A DNA stretch of 64,000 nucleotides from a virus (Duplodnaviria > Caudoviricetes), in the IMG/VR virus record IMGVR_UViG_3300029305_005547, positions 214,850-278,849 of that record, one strand, 5' to 3'. Below, one piece after another: positions 58,797-64,000 of this stretch (positions are counted from its first letter, which is position 1; each line of letters begins with the position of its first letter). Made by a program: the position numbers and the translations under genes. Under the pieces are notes generated by a model. That model searched no databases, had not been told where the DNA came from, and saw only the letters and a program-made list of their open reading frames with translations.

Positions 58797-59468
58797 TTAA
58801 ATTTCTTTTAATGTATTTCCAAATAAATCTAGAAATACCTCCAGAGTTTTAATAACGATATTATCTTTAAAAGAATCCATTACTCTATGATATTCAGATC
58901 CATAATATTCCAGATCACAATCATTTGCTCCACTAAAAGATAATAAATCAATACTTTTTTGAAGTTGAATTTTGTTTAAAAACTTTTCAAAATCATTTAC
59001 AAGAATATCATATTCTATCAGTGGAAGTTTGTCTTCTCTTCTAAAAATACCTTGAATTTTATTTATAACAAATTCGTCATCATTAATTCGTTCATGCTCA
59101 TAAACCGTTAAAACAGTAGGAGTTTTAATTACATCCCCATCAATTATATCAATCAACTTATCTTCTCTAAGCATTAATCGATTTAAATTTTGTTTCATAG
59201 GTTTAAACTTATCATTAGATATCTCAGTTTTATAATATTTAAATAATTTCATATTTCTAGTACTGAGAAATATATCACGGAATTTTTTAGATGTTGTCAT
59301 TGCGTAAAGGATTAAATAACTTCCATCCTGATAATTTATAACAGGATGGAAGCCTTTGTAATTTTTCTTTAAGCAATGTGAAAACTCAGTGATAAAATCA
59401 AACTCATCCGATCTAGTTTGATCATATTTTAAAAAGAATGAGTATACTATCATCTTTTCACACCTCAC
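58797..59468 (-). CDS. Paralog family member 3
   Basis: LYAMTTSKKFRDIFLSTRNMKLF; C-terminal LEVFLDLFG. Confidence 0.7.
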   Translation of the reverse strand: MRCEKMIVYSFFLKYDQTRSDEFDFITEFSHCLKKNYKGFHPVINYQDGSYLILYAMTTSKKFRDIFLSTRNMKLFKYYKTEISNDKFKPMKQNLNRLMLREDKLIDIIDGDVIKTPTVLTVYEHERINDDEFVINKIQGIFRREDKLPLIEYDILVNDFEKFLNKIQLQKSIDLLSFSGANDCDLEYYGSEYHRVMDSFKDNIVIKTLEVFLDLFGNTLKEI

Positions 59469-60151
59469 TAAAATAATTCACCAAATAAAGATATGAAACT
59501 GTCAAATTCATTAATCTTAAATGCGTTACAGTTCATATTTTTTTCATTAAAGTATGTCCATGTTTCTCTATCCATATAAGAATAATTATTCCAAAATACA
59601 TCTTGTCTACATCCTAAATCAATATCATTGTCATTAGGGTGACCTTCTTCATCAAACGGTAACGAATTTACTGAATAATTGAAGAATATATAGGAATATC
59701 CAAATCTTTCAAGTAGAAACAATATAGGATTTGAGAATATTAAAGGATCTGGTAAAGAATCAACTTTACCAAATATTTCAAATAATAATCCTTCATCACA
59801 TGATGATGTATTTTCAAACCCTGTTGAAACTATTAAAGTTTCTTCTCCATTCACACTTGAAAGATATGTGTACTCACGTAACTTACAAGATTCATTCATT
59901 TTGTCAAAATCATATGGATGATCATGATCAATTACAGGATTATCAAATGTCTTATATACAAATAATGATTTATTTCTTTGGCGTTTAAATTTTTTCATCA
60001 ATTTCTTTTCGTTTGTCCAAGCATATAAAGTAAACCATATATTTTTATCATCGTCACATTCCCAATCTAATGGACAATTCATTCCTTGTAGTCCTTTTAT
60101 ACTTGAACGAGTTTTTTGATCTACTTTTAAAAATGCTACATAATATTTCAT
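59468..60151 (-). CDS. Paralog family member 2
   Basis: LYAWTNEKKLMKKFKRQRNKSLF; C-terminal NEFDSFISLFG. Confidence 0.7.
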   Translation of the reverse strand: MKYYVAFLKVDQKTRSSIKGLQGMNCPLDWECDDDKNIWFTLYAWTNEKKLMKKFKRQRNKSLFVYKTFDNPVIDHDHPYDFDKMNESCKLREYTYLSSVNGEETLIVSTGFENTSSCDEGLLFEIFGKVDSLPDPLIFSNPILFLLERFGYSYIFFNYSVNSLPFDEEGHPNDNDIDLGCRQDVFWNNYSYMDRETWTYFNEKNMNCNAFKINEFDSFISLFGELF

Positions 60152-60159
60152 AATTTTAC

Positions 60160-60765
60160 CTACGTCTTCTTTACTTCAATAAGTATATTGTGAAAAAGAT
60201 GTATGTAAATGGAAACTTCATCTGCATATATTTTAGGTCCTTTTTTATCACCAGCAATAAGAATACAATTATTAGAAATACATAGAGTATCTCTACACGT
60301 AACTTGATTATTTATAATTGAAAAGAACCGAAATTTTTCTAGATCTAAAGCTACTTCATCCTTTAAAGCATATGCTGGAAAAGTATTAATGCCTACGTTA
60401 TATACTAATTTATTAAGGACTGTCATTACTTGAAGATCTAAATGTTTTTCCTCTTGTTTTGTCACAGCACATTCAATATCAATCATTTTACCATTCTTAT
60501 CTTGTGAATGTAAAATTCTTTTTATTAAATATTGATTCATTTCATCATGTGCTAAATTATTCACTTCTTGTCTTGTTAATATGAGTTTCTTTTTTATGAA
60601 TTTTCTCATATCATGGAATTTTTCAAACAGATTCGATAACTCTTTTGAATCTGTATATGCATAAATAAAATTGGGTTCGTTTATTATACAAGTAAGATCA
60701 TCAACTATGTCTGGATTGACATAGTAAACCCAATATTTGTACCTTTGTTTATTCATATAGATCAT
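60160..60765 (-). CDS. Paralog family member 1
   Basis: IYAYTDSKELSNLFEKFHDMRKF; C-terminal DEVSIYIHLFH. Confidence 0.7.
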   Translation of the reverse strand: MIYMNKQRYKYWVYYVNPDIVDDLTCIINEPNFIYAYTDSKELSNLFEKFHDMRKFIKKKLILTRQEVNNLAHDEMNQYLIKRILHSQDKNGKMIDIECAVTKQEEKHLDLQVMTVLNKLVYNVGINTFPAYALKDEVALDLEKFRFFSIINNQVTCRDTLCISNNCILIAGDKKGPKIYADEVSIYIHLFHNILIEVKKT

Positions 60766-60940
60766 CCTCGCAATTTTCTGCTAAATATTTTTGACCATTT
60801 CCATCTTCTACATTTTTCAACATCTTTTTTACTGTCTTTTTATCTTTTTTGTAATTACCGTTATAATTAGTTACATACTTAGAAATACGTAATGTCTCAT
60901 TAAGCATTTTAACGTATTCTGTATAGATATCACCTTTCAT
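60749..60940 (-). CDS. Hypothetical protein (63 aa)
   Basis: GGAGG RBS; early motif at 60972-60981. Confidence 0.65.
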   Translation of the reverse strand: MKGDIYTEYVKMLNETLRISKYVTNYNGNYKKDKKTVKKMLKNVEDGNGQKYLAENCEDDLYE

Positions 60941-61039
60941 TATATTTTACCCTCCAGAATTATTCAAATAAATAATATATCTTCACATATTTAAAGCGAA
61001 AAACATTTGTTTAATATTAAGAAATGAGGTACAACGTTT

Positions 61040-61780
61040 ATGGATATAAATAATCTTAAACAAATCCTCTCGGATCTTAGAAACTATGACACTTTTGTCA
61101 AAGAATCTTTTGACTTTTATAGTAGATCAAATGGAATTAAGGAGCACGCAGATAAGTTTGAATCTAGATTGGATGATGCTAAGATTACTAAAGTAGATGA
61201 GTGTAAATCAAAGCTTAAATCGATTCAAAATAAATGTGAAAAAGATAATACTTTTGCTAAAAAAAGTATTACAATTTCTAGAATCGATCTTATTAAGTCT
61301 TTATTTAAAGCTCTCGAAGATTGTGGTGATCGTGTTGCTTCTTATATTAGATCTGATTTTAGTTCAGGCGAAAAACTTTTTAAAGGAATTGAAGATACCG
61401 AGAAAGCGATAAAGAAACTCGATAATTTATGTGATGAAGTTTTTTCGTTTAAAGATACATTCAATATGTATTTTATAACTAATGAATTACTTAAATTTAT
61501 CGGAGATTTTAAAGTAGATATAGTATTTGATGTTATCGACGATTGTGTCGATTCAATTAAAGATGACGAAGAAGATATTGAAGAGTTTTCCAATTTCAGA
61601 TTAGATAATAAAATTGGAGGTAATGCTACATTAGAAGCTAAGAGACAAAAAATGATATTACTTCATAAGAAACTCGATAAAGTTCCATGGTTGATATCTT
61701 CATATGAAGATGTAGCATTTAAAATATTTAATAAAACATATCAAATGATTAATGGATTTTGCGATAAATATAATAAATAA
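61040..61780 (+). CDS. Helical late protein, possible internal virion protein
   Basis: AACA-N6-TA at 61002-61013; GAGGT RBS; terminator downstream. Confidence 0.6.
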   Translation: MDINNLKQILSDLRNYDTFVKESFDFYSRSNGIKEHADKFESRLDDAKITKVDECKSKLKSIQNKCEKDNTFAKKSITISRIDLIKSLFKALEDCGDRVASYIRSDFSSGEKLFKGIEDTEKAIKKLDNLCDEVFSFKDTFNMYFITNELLKFIGDFKVDIVFDVIDDCVDSIKDDEEDIEEFSNFRLDNKIGGNATLEAKRQKMILLHKKLDKVPWLISSYEDVAFKIFNKTYQMINGFCDKYNK

Positions 61781-61950
61781 ATTACCTAGTAGGATATTTT
61801 CCTACTAGGTAAATTTTTCGATATTCTACAATCGTATCTGAATTTTTGGAAAGCATGTCATAAGATTAACGTAATGTAATTATATAACTTTTTATATTCA
61901 ATTATTTAAAAAACTACTTTATAACAATTGAAAGGATTTCTTATTATTAA

Positions 61951-62289
61951 ATGGGGTATTTTACATTAAAAGAACAAATCATAATGGTATATTTAAATTG
62001 TGAAAATCCTATTGTCGAAACCACTATAAATAGGGATATTAATGTGGGAGATATAGTAAAATCTGAATATGGCGTTATTTATGAATTAATCTATATTTCA
62101 GAGATAAAATTTGAAAATTCAATAGATATGGTTGTACTACAAGATATATCAAGGCGTAATAGTTTTCTAGTACTTCCATATGATGATATCATTAATGATT
62201 TGAAGATAAGTGAATCTAAAAATAATTATTTTTATAAGTTTGAAAAAATTGCATATGTATTAAATTCTGTATGGAAAGGAGAAAACTAA
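61951..62289 (+). CDS. Hypothetical protein (112 aa)
   Basis: AAAGGA upstream; operonic with the next two genes. Confidence 0.55.
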   Translation: MGYFTLKEQIIMVYLNCENPIVETTINRDINVGDIVKSEYGVIYELIYISEIKFENSIDMVVLQDISRRNSFLVLPYDDIINDLKISESKNNYFYKFEKIAYVLNSVWKGEN

Positions 62290-62290
62290 A

Positions 62291-62476
62291 ATGGATTGCC
62301 CAAGAGGATTTACAAATTTAGCTGAAGTCACTAATAACGTTGGTGATGAAACAAACGAATGTGATACATGTCCTAATATGCGTTATTCGTGTGGAATGCT
62401 TACATGTAAATATGTTTTAGACGCATTAGGAACTAATGTAAGAAATGAATACAAAGAAATGAAAAGAGGTAAATAA
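62291..62476 (+). CDS. Small Cys-containing protein (61 aa)
   Basis: AAAGGAG RBS; CxxC...C...C. Confidence 0.6.
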   Translation: MDCPRGFTNLAEVTNNVGDETNECDTCPNMRYSCGMLTCKYVLDALGTNVRNEYKEMKRGK

Positions 62477-63777
62477 TGAAAATAACAAAAGTAACTTCAA
62501 GTGGAATAACAAGACTAATCAATGCTTATAAAGCATCAATGAATAGTCAAACCCCATTAAAATTCAGTGCAAAACAAGCAGAATTTTTTGAAAATATGGA
62601 AATCTCATTATTTCTTTCTGATGTTAAAGGAATAGAACTTATAACATTAAGAAAATGGTGTTCATCTTTATATGTAATTGATAATAATGGTTTAAGTTTT
62701 AGAGACAAACCTGCAACTATTACAAATGCAGTTTTAAGATCAAACCAGATTAAAAATGAAAACGATGTTAAACGTGAAAGAGATTTATCGCGTTTATCAG
62801 AGAAAATACCTTCTCTTGAGAAATATATTAGAAATAAGAATCCTGAAAACCTTTGGGATCAGGATGTAGATTCTATCGACAGTATGTATGATATAGGATC
62901 TTTCAGATTCAAAGTACTTGCAAGATTTGAAGGTGTTAATATTATGGCACTTTTAAATGCATTTCCTGAATACCTTTTGTATGTAAAAGGTAAACGAAAT
63001 GAATTTATTGAAGAAGGCACGAAAGCGTTTGAAAATCTTTGTGCTTCTCAATTTATTAAAAATTTCTTCAGTTATATGGAAACGATGTTATCAGGTATAG
63101 ATGTATTATCTGATGTTCGTTTTAATGAAGAATTTTTAAAATACACAAATACAATGGTTCCTTGTGTATGTACACATATAAGAAATCCATTAACAGAACT
63201 TAGTATGTCATCTTATACAGATGCTAATGAACTTATAAGAGACATGAAGTTACTTAAAACCGAAGCTAGTTTCATGCAATATAATATTGATGTAACAAAA
63301 GACTTCACATATCACTTTGCGGTTGAATCTAGTATGGAGACATTTTTAGCTTTCCTAGCATATACAAACCTTGTATATTATCATAGTGATTTGAAAGCTA
63401 TAATCGGTGTAAAATCAAAATATGATATCCCTTCATTTTTATCAGATGAAATGAAGATTGTATATAATGATGCAATTGTAGCATTGGATACATGGAGACT
63501 TGATGCACTTAAAGAACTTTCTGCAGAAGAAAAAGCTGATAATGGAACAAATAACAAGAAAAACGTTCATTACTCTAGACTTGAATTGTATAACTTTATT
63601 CCTAGAGCAGCAAAAATAAAATATATGCTTCATGGAACTGAAAAAGAATTTAATGAAGCATTATCATTTATCAGGAATGAAAAAGAATTATTGCTTCTTA
63701 ATCCTGAAATAAAAACTATATTTAATTTAATTGATGGTCAGTTTCCTTTGATTCATGCAGTTGATAATATGGTATAA
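62476..63777 (+). CDS. Hypothetical protein (433 aa)
   Basis: GAGGT RBS with TAATG overlap; followed by the terminator ACTACTAGTAGA/TCTACTAGTAGT. Confidence 0.7.
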   Translation: MKITKVTSSGITRLINAYKASMNSQTPLKFSAKQAEFFENMEISLFLSDVKGIELITLRKWCSSLYVIDNNGLSFRDKPATITNAVLRSNQIKNENDVKRERDLSRLSEKIPSLEKYIRNKNPENLWDQDVDSIDSMYDIGSFRFKVLARFEGVNIMALLNAFPEYLLYVKGKRNEFIEEGTKAFENLCASQFIKNFFSYMETMLSGIDVLSDVRFNEEFLKYTNTMVPCVCTHIRNPLTELSMSSYTDANELIRDMKLLKTEASFMQYNIDVTKDFTYHFAVESSMETFLAFLAYTNLVYYHSDLKAIIGVKSKYDIPSFLSDEMKIVYNDAIVALDTWRLDALKELSAEEKADNGTNNKKNVHYSRLELYNFIPRAAKIKYMLHGTEKEFNEALSFIRNEKELLLLNPEIKTIFNLIDGQFPLIHAVDNMV

Positions 63778-64000
63778 AAATACTACTAGTAGATGAATAG
63801 TCTACTAGTAGTTTTATTTTTATAAAAAATATCAATAATTAATTATTTATTTACTTAACAATTTATGTCTTAAACTTTACGATGCTAGTACAAATTATGA
63901 GGTCAAAAAAAAAAATGTATAATAGAGACTCGTCGTTCCTCCTCGTCTCTATTATACACTTCTTCTTTTTTCTTTCTTCCCTTTTTTTATTTTTTTTTTT

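Noticed and set aside
1-64000. Stop-codon reassignment as in some gut jumbo phages
   Set aside because: Conserved genes (ligase, gyrA/B, tubulin) are full length in the standard code and coding density is high.

Overview
This AT-rich window is a segment of a jumbo phage genome of the AR9/PBS1/phiKZ-like type, probably infecting a Firmicute (strong AGGAGG/AAAGGA RBSs, Firmicute-type holins). It encodes a split multisubunit RNA polymerase beta N-terminal subunit interrupted by two closely related group I introns that flank an 80-nt micro-exon. It also encodes an NAD-dependent ligase, GyrA/GyrB-type topoisomerase subunits, an SF2 helicase, a tubulin/FtsZ-family protein, a protein kinase, a small PolB-like subunit, a probable major capsid protein, head/baseplate proteins and a repeat-rich tail fibre. 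Two recurring phage-type promoter motifs (TATATTAT and AACA-N6-TA) sort the genes into non-structural and virion/lysis classes. The most striking unexplained signal is a pair of paralogous ~370-420 nt structured non-coding elements on the minus strand (38905-39324 and 56900-57273). They share a covarying scaffold and a 5+6 array of 7-nt NNNNUGU repeats, but their variable domains differ and display tRNA anticodon-stem-loop mimics: fMet-CAU plus Asn-/Leu-like in one, Lys-UUU plus a T-arm in the other. One copy lies 11 nt downstream of a coiled-coil protein gene. This suggests a phage ribonucleoprotein 'tRNA-decoy' system, which remains a hypothesis. All calls are by eye; no database searches or folding programs were run.
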